This document shows positions 50,221 through 63,600 of a stretch of DNA of 64,000 nt, piece after piece. Source of the DNA: Carcharhinus amblyrhynchos (lineage: Eukaryota). The stretch lies in NCBI GenBank assembly GCA_965287045.1, contig OZ336885.1, positions 61,628,001-61,692,000 of the forward strand, read 5' to 3'. A program made the translations under genes and the position numbers. Below the pieces are notes generated by a model. It worked only from the letters and a program-made list of their open reading frames with translations. It was not told the DNA's origin and made no database searches. How positions within the stretch are numbered: position 1 is the stretch's first letter; each line of letters opens with the position of its first letter.

Positions 50221-51610
50221 AATGTCCTTAGGTCCTATCCCTCAGGATCCCTTTGAAAAACATAAGCTGCAGACATTAGTCATGCCAGTGTGCCGTTCCC
50301 AGACGTTTCAATACAATCTTTCTTGAAATATGACTCAGTATTTGCCACCCTCAGTCGTCACATACAATATTTGTTACTACCAATGATTCAAATGTTTCTG
50401 CTACTGAAAACCACAATTTTCTCCCTAGTTTCCAACAAACTCCAGGGGCGGATTTATTCAGATCCCGGGGATTTATCTACCTTGATTCGATTTAATACTC
50501 ACAATACCTCATATACACATACCTCAACACATGACTGTTTATTTCCCGAAGTTGTCTAACGTCAACCCTTTTTGAATTTTGAATAGAAATTCAGGATTTC
50601 ACCTGATCTTTCTGACCCTTCGACAAAAGAGCTTATCGGTCATAAAGAATTCCTATTTTCTCCCCAGTTACTCTTTCGCCTTTCATTTGTTTGCAGAATC
50701 TCTTTGGGCTGATATTTTCCTCATCTACCAAAAAATATGTTATGTCCCTTTTCACTCTCCTGTTTTCTAGTTTTGGCTACTCTGACAAAATCTCTACTCA
50801 CCAAGGGAACTGTATATTCCCAGCTGCCTATACATTCCAAACTGCTTCTTCTTTTCGACATCATTCATCCATTCAGATTTTCCTACTTCTATTAGTCTTG
50901 TCTTTCATTCTGAAAAGAATGAGCTTACGACTCCGTAAAAAGCTTCCCAATTACCAAAAGGCCATTTACCGGCAGACAGATTCCCCCAGTCATCTTCTGA
51001 AAGTTCCTCTCCAGTACCATCAGAATCATCCTTACTCCAAATTAGGAATGCAACTTATGTGTCTGACCTAACATTTCCCATAAATATTTAAAAAATGGAC
51101 TTACGGTCGCTGCCCCCAAAGTGAACCCTCACTAATTTTTCCGTCACTTTCCTTATTTACCAAGATATTGTCAAGGATTTTTTTTACCTGTCTCTATCCG
51201 GGGAATCCACATATTGAGCAAAATTACCACCTCTTTTGTCTTGGAACGTTCCGGTAACTTACATTTTTGTTCCGCGATTTTCTGCCGACTATTTGAAGGT
51301 CTGTAGCACACTCTATCAATGTAATATCTCTCTTATTTCCCAGTTCTAGCTATATAAAAATAATGGGCGACTGTTTGCATATGTTCCCTCTCAGCACTAT
51401 CGTGATGTTCTCCCTATTCTAACACACCTCATCGCCTTTTATTCCCTATTCTATGTTTCCAATTGTGTTTTTCTTCCAAAAACTGTGGCTTTTTGGTCAT
51501 GCACCTCCCTTAGCTATATGTCAGTAATAGCTATACATCCCAATGCTATTCACCGATCCACACCCTGAGTTCTTCTGATTCACCCATCATATTGAAATAA
51601 ATATTACGTT
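50220..51610 (-). mobile_element. Highly degenerate CR1 LINE middle part
   Basis: Collinear resemblance to 2590-3930 (caggcacc / tttcccgaagtt / cccagttact / catgcacctccc blocks). Confidence 0.55.
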
Positions 51611-53104
51611 GAAGTTCATTGAGTTTAATGGAGGCAACCCTTCCTCTCTGCACTGCTTTCTCGCTTGCCATCTGTCATGTCATGTTTCGTGCACTCTCGC
51701 TGTGTTTTTTTTTTGACTTACTGGAACTTTTCAATGATTTCTTCACAGATTTTTTTCTACTGTGGGTCTTTTCCGTAGAAAAAAAAGGCTGTATTACTCG
51801 TGACAGAGGTGTACAAAAAATGCTTATGAGTGGAATGCATCTACAATTTTGTCTCTGATTGAATTTGTCTCTGACTCAATTGAATGCGCTATTGTTACTT
51901 CAGTTGAAATTGGTTCAGTGAAAATCACGCTGTTCCCTTATGCTAGTGAGACAATTGTTACCACATTACTGCTCGCTCAGATGCGGAACACACTGTCATA
52001 AATGCATTTGTGGATTATTTTGTGCAGACCATCAATTGCTTGAGTTTGTTTCTCTCTGCAATGCTTTTGTCCATATCAACGACCTGTTTCTGTAGCACAT
52101 TAGTTCTATTTCCCTCAAATATATACTCTTAGCATTAACATTCTTTCGGAGGGATAACAAGAGTTATTTCAAATGCGAGCGGTTTCTGTTATCTTTGCAT
52201 TAAATTACGGATAGGCAATCTGATTTACTGAGCAATGGTTCGATTGAATTAATGGATCCTTCGAAAAATAAATCAGGTTTTCTGGTAAATTGCATTCACA
52301 GCATTCTGTATTCTACTGTAAGGGCTGTCCGGTCGGTCCGTGGTTCGTACTGGTACTTCATTTCATTGGAACACTTCTGCGATGCCGCTGTTGGATGGCC
52401 TATTGTGTGGAACTTGCACATTCTCCCAGAGCCTGTATGTTACCACAGTCCAATTAAGTATTGGTACAGAGGACTGGCCATGCTAAATTAAACCCCCACG
52501 TCAAGTTCGATGGATTGGCCATCACACAACGTTGCGCGAATGAGGGATCGAGTGGGCCTAGGTCCAGTGCTCTTGCTGTTGATTGCTGCACAGTGGAAGA
52601 GCAAAGTGGCATTCTTCTGCACACACAATTCTATGAATTAATAGTGCAAACTTTAATTTAGCTACGCAGTTCATATAACATTCCGAAAATTCGGAAATGT
52701 CGTTTCTGTTAACCTGAAACGTCAACAGATTTTTTTTCTTTATTTCGTCCTGCCTGAGAAGGAAAAACAAATAGCTTGATATATTCACCAACGAGATATT
52801 GCAGTGCCAAAATATTTGCTTTCAGAGAATTCAGATGCACTGATGTAATGACGGATATTCTGATTTACCAACCTACACCATTTTAATCATTTTTTTCTAA
52901 ACTAAGTCAATGGCAATCAGCAATTGAAGAAACGATCCTGTTTCGATTAAGTCGTCGGATTTGCATGCTTCATATTTCACACTTCTGACAAATACAATTA
53001 AAATTGGGCTGAGAGTGAACAGACCAAAGAAACAATATGCAATGTTCCCGCTTCACGTTGCTTAAGCTCCACACAGCTCCCCCATATGAACGCTAATTAC
53101 AACT

Positions 53105-55280
53105 GATGACGGAATCTGAAACGAAAAGAGAAACCTTTGGAATATCTCAGCAGGTCTGCCAGCATCTGTAAGGTGAGCAAAGAGCTGACGTTTCGAGTCC
53201 GGATGATGCTTTGTCAAAGCTACAGTGTATTAAACGTGGGAGATATTTCTACTGTGGCCTGAGGGGATGGAAGTTGACAAGGGGAAAGACTGTGGATGGC
53301 AGTCCATGGAGAGAATAAGAGCTGTGACTCGCCAAACGTCAGAAAATCTGAAATCAGTGGGTAAACAATGGCAGATGAAAAAAATTGGTTTAGGGGATCA
53401 TGAGTGCGAGAACGTTAAAATTAGGGGAAAAAAAGCCGGAAGGGATCAAATTTCGAGAACCGGTTAAAAGGAGGGGAAATTGGTAGAAAGAGTGGCGGCG
53501 GGGAGCAAAAAAACAATTAAATAAAGGTTAAAGGCAGGAAAAAAAAATAAAAACAAAGGGGTGGTGGTGGGGAAGAGCTAACAATCTGAATTTGTTGAAT
53601 TCGACGTTGAGAATAAAAGGCTTTAATGTGCTGAGCCAGACGATGAGATGTTGTTCCTCCAGTTTGCGTTGAGCTTCACTGGAACATTGCAGGGCAGTCC
53701 AAGGGCAGTTATGCGGGTATGGAAACATGATCTGTGCTAAAATAGCAAGCAACGGAAGGTTAGGGTCCGCATTGCACAAAGACTAAATGTGCTCAGCAAA
53801 TTGTTCACCCAGCTTACGTTTGGTCTCTCCAATATAGAGGAACCACATTTTGTTTAGCGGATGCAACACACCAAATTGAAACACTGTTTTTCCTGGAATG
53901 GGTGAATTGGGCTTCATATGGTAAGCAGGGAAGAGGTAAAGGCGCAAGTGTTTCACCTTCTGCCATTGCATGGGAAGGAGCCATGTCTAATGGGAACGGT
54001 GTTGGATACAGTGGAGGAGTGGACATGGAGAAGATGGCCCCTGTGGAATGCTGACAGAGGAAATTAAGGAAAAACGTGCTTGTCTGTGCATCACACTGGT
54101 GTTGCGAAAAAAGTGGATGATTCTGCCTTGTATGTGAAGGATCGTTGATTGGAATCTGAGGAAAGGGGATCTCTACCCTTGTTCTGAGAAGCAGTGAGGG
54201 CTTGATGGCCATTGGACGGGAGATCGACCTCAGACTGTTGAGCACCTTGTCAAAAGCTGTAGGTGGGAAACAGTTGTTGAGAAATATGAAGTATATATTA
54301 GAAGAAACACTTTGGAAAGTGGCTTCATTGGAACAACGGTGAGGGAATGGAAAGAGTTGAGAAAAACAAGAAGTAACGGCATCCCTGCAGGAAATAGATT
54401 GGGAAGTACTGTGGTTCGTGTTGCTTTTCGAGACAATAGGCTTGTATTGCATATTGGTAAATAGCCCTTTGCCGAAAATGGGAACAGAAATGTGAAGGAA
54501 ATGAAGGGAAGAGAGTTGAATGAGATGGACCAAGTGTAGGTGATGGAGGGGCGGAAATTTGAATCAATTTTGATATTTTCTTTCCAGGACTTGACGAGAG
54601 CGGGAAGCAGCACGAAAATAGTATTCAATGCACTGATAAAGGAGGTGCGGGAGCGGACTCCCATACAAAATAAAAGCATAGGTAGGACTGATGCTCTTAC
54701 GCATTGGTACTCCTTTGATTTGGATAAAGTGGAATGTGCTAAATCCGAAGCTGTTCAGAGCGAGAAGAGTTCAGCCTTGCAGAGGGGAGAGGTGGAGGAT
54801 GGGCATTGTTCTGCCCTCTTTAAGAAATAAGCGAAAAGCTCTAGGGGCATCATGGTGTTGGATGGGGGTGCAGGTACATTACATGCCCACGATATTAGGA
54901 GACGGTTAGACCTGCTGTCAATATGATGCAGGGGACTTGAGGAATCTCAGGTGTAGGTGGGGATGTAATGGACAATTGGAGTGAAAACGGAGTTAAGATC
55001 ACAGCGAATATGTTTGGTGGGTCATGTAAATGCTGACGCAGTGGACCTACCAAGACACTCTTCTTGTGGATTTTGGGAAGTAGATAGAAGCCGCCTCTTC
55101 GGGGTTGGGAGACAATGAGGTTGGAAGCTGTAGGGCGAAAGAATCCGGAAGAAATGCGGTGGGTTACCCTGGTGGAGGGAATTGCTGGATGCACAGTGGT
55201 GCGGTTACGGTGCAGGGGGAGGTATGAGGACGTATTCGAGAGTTGGTGTTCAGACTTTGCAAGACTCAGATCAGGCGAAA
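53105..55280 (-). mobile_element. Degenerate Penelope-like retroelement (RT remnant, GIY-YIG, terminal repeat)
   Basis: FYLLPKIHK in ORF 54895-55338; LYIGETKRKLGEQFAEH in ORF 53783-53971; SEAQRKLEEQHLI in ORF 53528-53779; terminal repeat 53110-53221. Confidence 0.85.
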
Positions 55281-55678
55281 GCAACCCCTCCCCCAACCCC
55301 CCTCCTGCTTCCCCATTCAATTGTGAATCTATCCCCACCAGCTGTGAGCAATTTTGCTCCCGAGAAAAAAAACATTCGATCCTACCATTCGCAAGGTAAT
55401 GCTGACTTCGTGGAGAACAAAAAGCTGCATTTCATTAATAACCATAATTTGGCGCCGTCTGACTTTAACCGGCAAGAACTATGCCATAACATAAATTAAT
55501 CAGCGTTGAATTATGCGTCTTTTGTTCAGCTGATATAATGTGCAATTAGTTACAAAACATGATTAAATGGAGGCATTGCGTCGCATTGCAGAGATGTGGT
55601 TAAAATAAAACTTCGGTTCTGTTATATTCTGGCTTTGGAATTAATTGACTTCTTGAGCGCAATTTTAATTCGTCGTAC

Positions 55679-56083
55679 CGCTTGGTTTTGCTTTCAGCTT
55701 TTCTTAGGCAACTCGTAAATTATTGACATCGGATATGAATATCAATGCTCGCAGCAGGGACAGCAATTGTGGGAAGCTATTGCCTTTGTTAAAAATTGTG
55801 ATGCACACAGAATAGAAGAGAATGTGATAAGGGCGTTTTATATCAATTAAACGAAATTTCAGCCATCCAGGTCACTGTTGACGTACCGATTGAAGCAATC
55901 TGAAAATGGATGTTTCTGTATTGGCAATCTTTCGTGAGATACATTTTACAGCAAGAAGAACACAACCTTTCTCTCCGTTCTGTCACAGGTGAAGTTCCAG
56001 TCTGAACGTCGTGCCTATGTCTGAATAATATATTCATGTTTCCTCCTCTCAGTCATTCAAAAATTCCTTGCGTAGAGTGAAAG
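55679..56083 (-). pseudogene. Decayed copy of the 36+27 micro-exon pair (56048-56083 and 55679-55705)
   Basis: acag|CTTTCACTCTACGCAAGGAATTTTTGAATGACTGAG|aggag has an in-frame TGA and has lost its donor; AAGAAAAGCTGAAAGCAAAACCAAGCG|gtacga has an altered acceptor; the 342-bp spacing is like that of the intact pairs. Confidence 0.55.
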
Positions 56084-57239
56084 CTGTCATGATGGAGAAG
56101 TTCCAGTGATTATTTTAATTCGCAACAAACTATTTCCCTCATGCCGCTATGCATTGAAAATAAGGGAAAATGTGCAGGCAATCATGAACATAATATTTCG
56201 GAGGAAATAGCAAGGAAACTGGCAAACCCATTGTTTCATGTGCAGAAATCGTCGTTAAGCATTTGAATGATTTCGAGCGTCATGATTTAAGAACATAACA
56301 TTGCAATGCACATCATTTTTTGAGCTATGAACCTTTGGAGATCACAGAGAAAAAAAGCAAACTGCAATGCCCACAGTTGGCTGTTTGAGGCAACCATAGT
56401 TTGACAATAGTCAGTACTGTGGGAACGCATGTTTGCCCGGTTGCATTCATAAAGACTCGGACATCTGCGAGGGACATCATAGAAGCATGTTGATGGACGC
56501 TGCAGGAATATGAATTTTAAACCTCCTGTCATGGTTTTGAAAGCGCCCGGTACTGTGCGAACGGTAATTGAGCTGAAACCTCCGCCTCGTGCGCTGTTGT
56601 GAGGAGAGACATTGGCCTTATTTATTTGCATTTAGTTTGTTGGTCTGAATGCAGCAATCAGAAGCAGTCGACATTGGGTTTTTTTTTGCGCATGATTTTA
56701 AAAGTTATTTTGCAAAGATGCAAAACATATTTTATGAAATAAATGAATTTGTATTTTTTAACAACATTGTCATGACAACTAATCCCAATGATATATGACA
56801 ACGTGAATGTCCGGGTCTGGAATTTATTTCTGCATTCGGATTTTTCTATGTATTTTAAACAGCCTTTAACCATATTTTAAAAGACTCCTAGGTGCAACGT
56901 TGATTCAGCTCGTCGAGGGCTTCAGGAGAGTGAATCGTTTAAGATGGGGTATGCAAGCCTCCTTCAATGTTTAGCACACATATCAGAATTTTACTGCTGG
57001 ACATTGGTTCTAATGTAACTTGGCTAATAAAAATGCTTTAGGAAAACGGACGGCTTATGAGGATAAATTAAAATTTCCTGTAAGCCGATGTCAAGTTGAT
57101 GTTGCAGAATCCAGTGCAGCTTGGAAATAGGAATCATCTTCTGCCATTGAAAGAACATCGCGCTTTTCACTTATTTCTTAACTGAAGTTATTTTTATGAC
57201 TTTGATGTAGGCGTAAAAGAGTAACGTGTCAAGTGAATC

Positions 57240-57460
57240 AAATCCCTTCCTTTCGTCCTTTTGTTCCTCGCCCTCCCCCTCTTTCCTCACCTTTTTTCAC
57301 CTTCCCTCTTTTTCCTTGTCCCCTCTTATCTACTTGCCCCATTTTCCACCTCATTTCCCCTTCACTCCTTTCCTTCATCCTTCTCTTTCCGCTCTTCACC
57401 ACATTTCTCACCTTCCCCTTTTTTACCCTGCTTCGTATCATTCCCTCACTTCCTTCACTG
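57240..57460. repeat. Low-complexity polypyrimidine/polypurine tract
   Basis: Almost only C and T on the plus strand. Confidence 0.85.
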
Positions 57461-57964
57461 TTAAGAAGATAATTGTTACATGAACGAGTAGATACTTTAT
57501 TGATTGTTGTTGGAGAAATATATTTTGTATGACACTTAAATAGACGAGACAAATAAATATATCAGTGCAGCTGTTAAAGTGCTCAGTTACATGTTTACAT
57601 TGTATTACAGTTTTTGTCTTCCTGATATTATTTTTCTTAGTAGATATTCTTCACTATATTACAGAATTCAACTGAACATTGGAACAAAACGACTATTTAA
57701 ATATAATGTTGTGCAAATCATTTTTTAAACAGGTGGAACATTTAAAGATGAAAATAATAAACTGATTAAGCAAGGCAGAAGAGTACTATTGATAAACACA
57801 TCTAGTTTTTCCACGGTCCAAATAATGAATCCTCTTTGATCGATCTCATCCAGTCATCCAAATCATCTGTACGAAGTCCTGACTATATTCTGAATGAAAA
57901 CACACAAATACTTAGAAGCAGACCACACATATGAAAAAATTCCATAATTATACAATATCGATTT

Positions 57965-58232
57965 CGTGTTACACGGTGTCAAATGGAATAGCACTGCTGC
58001 CTCACAGGTCCATGGAAGCAAGTGCAATTCCGGCCTTGGGTGACTGTTTGTTTGGCGTGTACACGGTCTTGCGTGTCACCATGGGCTTTTTTCGTTCGCT
58101 TTGATTTTTTGCTGAAGTCCAAAGATGCATATGAATGTCATGGGGTCATTGGGATAGGATCTTACCGAATTTGGTGTCGGCCAAGTCTCAGTGGGCTGAA
58201 TTGCCTCCTTCTGCACTGTAAGGATTCTATAC
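57965..58232 (+). mobile_element. Degenerate HE1-type SINE
   Basis: tagcactgctgcctcacag...agtccaaagatg...tgggctgaattgcctccttctgcactgtaaggattctat. Confidence 0.75.
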
Positions 58233-58419
58233 GAGAAATGTTCTCGCTACATTTGCCCCCAAATTGGACAATCGAGCCCAAGTTTAACGTGTCCATGGTC
58301 TGCCCATCACGCGCTACCATTCCTGTGCTGGGTGGAAAAGGAAAATTCACCCCTATAATTGTATGTCTCGGTTAAAGTAATTTGTTCTTCTTATCCTTTG
58401 ATGCAAAAAAATAAAGCTG

Positions 58420-59250
58420 ATAAGGAAGTTGAAAAGAAAAGGCGGAAATATTAGCAGCAATCTTCAGCCGGTTTTGCAGAGTTGATGATCCATCTTGGCC
58501 TCCATCATTTGTCCCCAACATCTCATATGCCAGTCTCCATCCAATTCGATTCACTGCACGTGATATCAAGAACGGTTGGCGGCACTGGATTCAGCAAACT
58601 GAATGGGCCCTGATAACATTCCGGCAATAACACTGAAGACTTGGTTCCATAACTTGCTACTCCCCTAACCAAGTTATTCCAGTACAATTGTAACACTGGC
58701 ATCGACGAACAATGTGGAAAATCGCCCAGGTATGTCCTTTACAGAAAAAAAAAAGGACAAATCCAACCCGGCTAACTGATGCCCAACCAGAATACTCTCG
58801 ATCATCAGTTAAGTGATGGATGTGGTTATTAACAGGGCTATCAGGCAACGCCTGTTCAGCAATACACTTCTCAGTGACAGCCAGATTTGGTTTTACCAGG
58901 GTCACTCAGATCCTGACCTCATCCCAGCCTTGATTCCAACATGGACAAAAAAGCTGAATTCCAGAGGTGAGATTAGAGTGACAGCTCTTGACGTCAAGGC
59001 CGCATTCGACCGAGTGTGGCATCAACTAGCCCAAGCGAAACTGGAATCAATGGCTTTTAGGCGGTAAACTCTCCGCTGATTGAAATTGTACCTGGTGCAT
59101 AGGAAGATGGGGGTGGTTGTGGAGGGTCAGTCATCTCAGCTCCAGGACACCTGTATGACTCCCTCAGTGTATTATCCTAGGCCCAACAATCTTGACCGGC
59201 TTCATCAATGACCTTTATCATAAAGTCAGTAGTGGAGATATTCACCGATC
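58420..59250 (+). mobile_element. Old LINE RT fragment (family of 30995-31080/36562-37360)
   Basis: ORF 58813-59067 ALDVKAAFDRVWH; upstream GPDNIP remnant; PQ..ILGP remnant near 59160. Confidence 0.85.
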
Positions 59251-61086
59251 TGACATTGATTTGTTCATGACTGGCGTTTGCCTCTGTAGCACGTTAGTTA
59301 TACTTCCCGCAGATAAACACTGTGAACAAAAATACTAGGCATTCTGCCATAAATCGGGGTTAACTTTCGAATTCCGCCACTGATATGCTGTCCTTCATCT
59401 CTCATTGTCACATTATTTCATTACAGAATGATCATTGTGTTGAAGCAAGAACGCTACGCCGTGATTTTGAAGATACATTATTGGGGATCATGGCAAACAA
59501 CAGGTCTTCGGCTTCCGACAAACAAAAACACAGTACACACTGCAATCTGTTTTCTCTTACCACCAAGCTGAATAGTCTTTACAGACGAATAATCTCTTGA
59601 ATTAACCGTAGTCGAATTACATGATGGTATTTCTGTTGTTGTCTCGCTATAGTCTGAGCACGTCTTCAATTACAATCGAACAACGTACATTACTACGTTT
59701 TCAAGGCTATCAGCAAAAGCATTGTTACCATCAGCTCAATGCAGAATGTGCTGACTTAAGGCGTGTAATTTCAACGACTTTAAAATCTAGTTAAACCACA
59801 CTTTGACTCTTGATTGAATTACTCACTTCATGGCACTTGGGTGGCGTGAACATATCTTGCCGCTTTTCAGTCCAAGCTGGGATATTTGTTATATACTGCT
59901 TCATTACCTGACAACTCGGGAATGGTTCTGAAATTTATAGGATCATTTGCGGGCATTCCGCATCAGATCCCATGATCGAAGCATTCTTGCATCTGATGTT
60001 GGCTGGAAACAGAACACCAGCCAGAGGAAAACTGCAATTATATTTTGCGAACGAGGAGGTTGATATGAAACAATTACAACCCTGCTAATGTTTACCAACG
60101 AGGACTCGACATTTCACATTTGTAATCGTCTTAAATGCTATTCAGTCAATTTTTGCCGTTGATGTTATTCAGTGTTCAGCTGCTTTTGTTTTGAAACAAC
60201 GACTCGTTGTTGTTTTACTGTGGGGGAAGATAGCAAATTAGATTTAGAATCACAGCCAGATTGGCCTTGAACTTGTACCGTACAACAACAGCCTGATTTT
60301 CCCCCGTTCCTGAGTCAGATATTCAAATATGCACGCCCTATTCATTTCGAGGTGAAGTGGTAAGCTCTCATATTCCGTCATTCCAAACCAATAATGTTAA
60401 TAGTAGTGGGTCGGTACATGTCCGTCTCAAAGCTATTGTGTCACTGTCTTGTAATATGGTAGGGGGATCAACAAAGTTGTACGGTTTGAATTCCTACTCA
60501 TTTTGAAGTGAGGCTATGCTCTCCAATCTTCCTGAGACGTGTGACATTGTTTGGTACAATGAGATGAATATCATTTCAGGAATGTGAGAGATATTACGTA
60601 ATTTGAAATTAGCATTCTCTATTGCATACTTATACAATACATCTTACATTTAGACATTACACGATTTGAATTATGAAGATCGTAATACTTCCACTGAAAT
60701 GACTTGGCATGACTTACGCTTTTATTGGCCGCGTACTTTCGTATTTATCATTCTGAATCAGCTCAGTATCTATTGTGCCAGTCAGCCAGAATCAACCGCG
60801 TTAAGATAAACCAGACGTATTGTACGAAACACATAGAGTTGTATCCTTGTTTTAAATATCAAGTCAATATTAGCAGATTTTAGACACAGTTCCATCATCA
60901 TCAAGAGCGCAAAATCATCACCTCATCCCTGGCAGGCCAAGTGAACAGTTATTTCAAGAAAAACAAAATGAACGGGGCGCGGATTATTATCGTAGAATTG
61001 TGCCGAAGTTATTTGGGTGGCGTTGTTTAAATTACAAAATATGTCTTCTTAGTGCACTTGAAAATGACAATTTCTAAATCAATTAC

Positions 61087-61113
61087 CTTCGTCTGTTGCT
61101 TTCGCCTTTTCTT
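61087..61113 (-). CDS. 27-nt phase-1 micro-exon, (E)EKAKATDE
   Basis: tgcaatcgaacag|AAGAAAAGGCGAAAGCAACAGACGAAG|gtaatt. Confidence 0.7.
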
Positions 61114-62859
61114 CTGTTCGATTGCAATTGAAGCAATTAGACTACAGGACAAATATTGTTAAAATGTAACTCTATTTAGAGATTCGTTCTGAGTTTTTAT
61201 TTGGTAAAACCAATTGAATGAAAATAGTTTTCCTTGCATTAAAATTTATGTCTTTAATCTGGACATCGGTCCGAATAACGTCGGCACGAAATTTAAAGTG
61301 ATTGTTTGTAGATCGACCTAATTTCTATCCTTTATTTTTGAATATGTAAAATTGAAATGCCCTTGTATTACTCGGTTATCAACTTCACATAGTTAACAGA
61401 CGATTGTTCGGTCGTCTGTATTTGGATAAACAAAGTTAACCGGTGGACTTGGTTAAAGCATATTCATGCAAACGGATGAAAGCAATTTCATCCACAATGC
61501 ATCAACTGCTGATGTCAGAAAAAAAAACAAAACAAAGAGAAAATGTATCAGTATACGAAATACTTGGTGGTTTGAATAACAGTTTATTTTGCTCTTACGG
61601 CTCATGGTCAATCGAACTTCTCAAACTTGAGTATGCTATGTTCAATGATAACATGCTCAAGCGGAAAACAAACTATGCTTAATATGTATCTTCTACGATT
61701 TAAGTGAAATGTGTGCCACCTGATTTGCAAATTAGCGGAATGCTAGCGGAATTAGCGGAATTCTTGTGCAAAGATGTGGACAAAAATGTGTTACGTACCA
61801 ATGCGAATTTTCTCCTTAGTTGACGAATTTCGATTATTTTGTGTTGTTTTTTGATTACCCGTACTTCTTGCCCAAGCTAGCGATGCACGGTCGAAAATCG
61901 ACTACAAAGGATTGAATATCCAGAATTTTGAAGGAGGACCATACCAAAACTGCAGATTAACGCTTCATCAAAAGTGCCTTCAGGTTTTTTTTTATTGCAC
62001 ATAAACATTTTCACGCTGCTTAAATGAGAAAAATGTTGTTAGAATTGTAAATGAATATGAAGTCCCTGCATGATTAAAAAAACTACATCTTTGGCGAGCA
62101 AAAGGGAGTGTGACAGTTTGGGGCCAATGCGCTTCTGCACATTCCTGGCAGATCGCTGAAAAGACCTCCCAGCATCCAGATCACTGCCATGTAACACCCA
62201 CAGTCATCCCTGGCCTCATCGCTGGCCTTCTCAACTAGCACGACCCCGCCCCCCGCTCCACCTAGCACAGACACACATCATTGGCCTCATCGTTGACTCA
62301 CATAATCCCCCAGCTCACATCGCTGACCCTCACAATATCCTCCTCTCCTCCATAGACATCACTGTCCTCATTGCGGCGCCGCCCCAATCTCCCCTCATAC
62401 GCAGACATCGCCTCTTGCCTCTATGGATCCAGATAATGCAGATACCCAATTTGTCCCTCCCTTGAACACAATACCCTCATTGATGCCCTGAAGAGGACTT
62501 GTTGTGCTGGCATGCACAACTGCAGCTTTTGACCTTTCCCTCTTTTGAATTGGAGCCTTGAATATTGCACCCCTCCCCCGCCCCCTCCACCCAACCCCAT
62601 CCTTCTCCGCCACAAATACGGCAGCTCATCAATTAGGAGCTCTGAGTTTCATATCTCACACAGCCCCCACCCCCCAGACAAACCTGCGGATTGAATGGCA
62701 GCCAATCAGCACCCCGAGGGATGCCTGACACTCAACTGAATTCTCTCACAAACATTTGCTCTGATCGGGTCATTGACTGGCGACGCTCACTGCACTTGCA
62801 CTCGTCGAACAGACCAGAGCTGTATTTAAGCTTCAGGGATGAATGCACAGCCAATCACG

Positions 62860-63600
62860 CCATAAAGATTGCTGCGCGGAGACCTGCTCCCAGGTTTTCA
62901 GAGGCCGACCAGGACGACCTGGTAGATTCTTTGTTGGTGAAGCGTGATTGTTTCAACACTGGCCAGGGCTCCAACACAAGGTATGCATCCGCCATGACAA
63001 TGTGGGAGGTGATCGCAGAAGTGGTGAACGCCAGGTGCCTCATATGGTGCTATGGATTGCAGTGTCACAATAGCAAAACAAAACAAAAATCGACTTCTGC
63101 GAGCAGCGTGTATCAGTGAGCATTCCACATTGAACACGGCGCGTGTTTGGCACAAATTTCCAAACCAGCAAAGACACCTGAATAAATTGCAACAAGTTAG
63201 TCTTTCCCGGGGAACATAATCTAGCGCCTTTCCCCTCACACCGCAACGAGCACCCTTCAGTAGTGACCGATTGCAGGAGATGGTGAGGTCAGAGCATGAG
63301 ACTCAGTTCACCACTGCAATACTGGCGGCCACAGTGGAAAGTCTGGCTCAGGAGTCTGTTTTCCGTGGGTGAAAAGTCCAGGCCATCCTGGAGACACTAC
63401 AGGTCAGAGCCAAGTGTGTTTCCGGCATCGAGGAGGCACAGTGTCCGATGGCTATTGATGTCAGTGGCATGTGGAAGATATTGCTGGCCATGGCCGGGAC
63501 TCTCGCAGGCTTTCTGGAGATACAGCGAGCTATGGTGGTGAGCCTTGACAACTCAACACAGGCCCTGAGGGCTCCTGCTGAAGTGTGAAGAGCGTGGCTA
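62860..63600 (+). mobile_element. Degenerate Myb/SANT-like ORF, probably from a PIF/Harbinger DNA transposon
   Basis: ORF 62691-63119 RPAPRFSEADQDDLVD...WEVIAEVVNA...GLQC resembles Harbinger-associated Myb/SANT domains; it lies in a GC-richer block from ~62085 to the window end. Confidence 0.6.

Noticed and set aside
51722-51756. 35-nt segment KICEEIIEKF with a gtaagt donor
   Set aside because: Phase and length do not fit and the acceptor context is poor; at most a decayed module.
57226-57552. Overlapping Phe/Pro/Ser-rich and Lys/Arg/Gly-rich ORFs
   Set aside because: Artefacts of a polypyrimidine tract.
60718-60752. 35-nt segment with a gtaagt donor
   Set aside because: Immediate TGA in phase 1 and a non-modal length.
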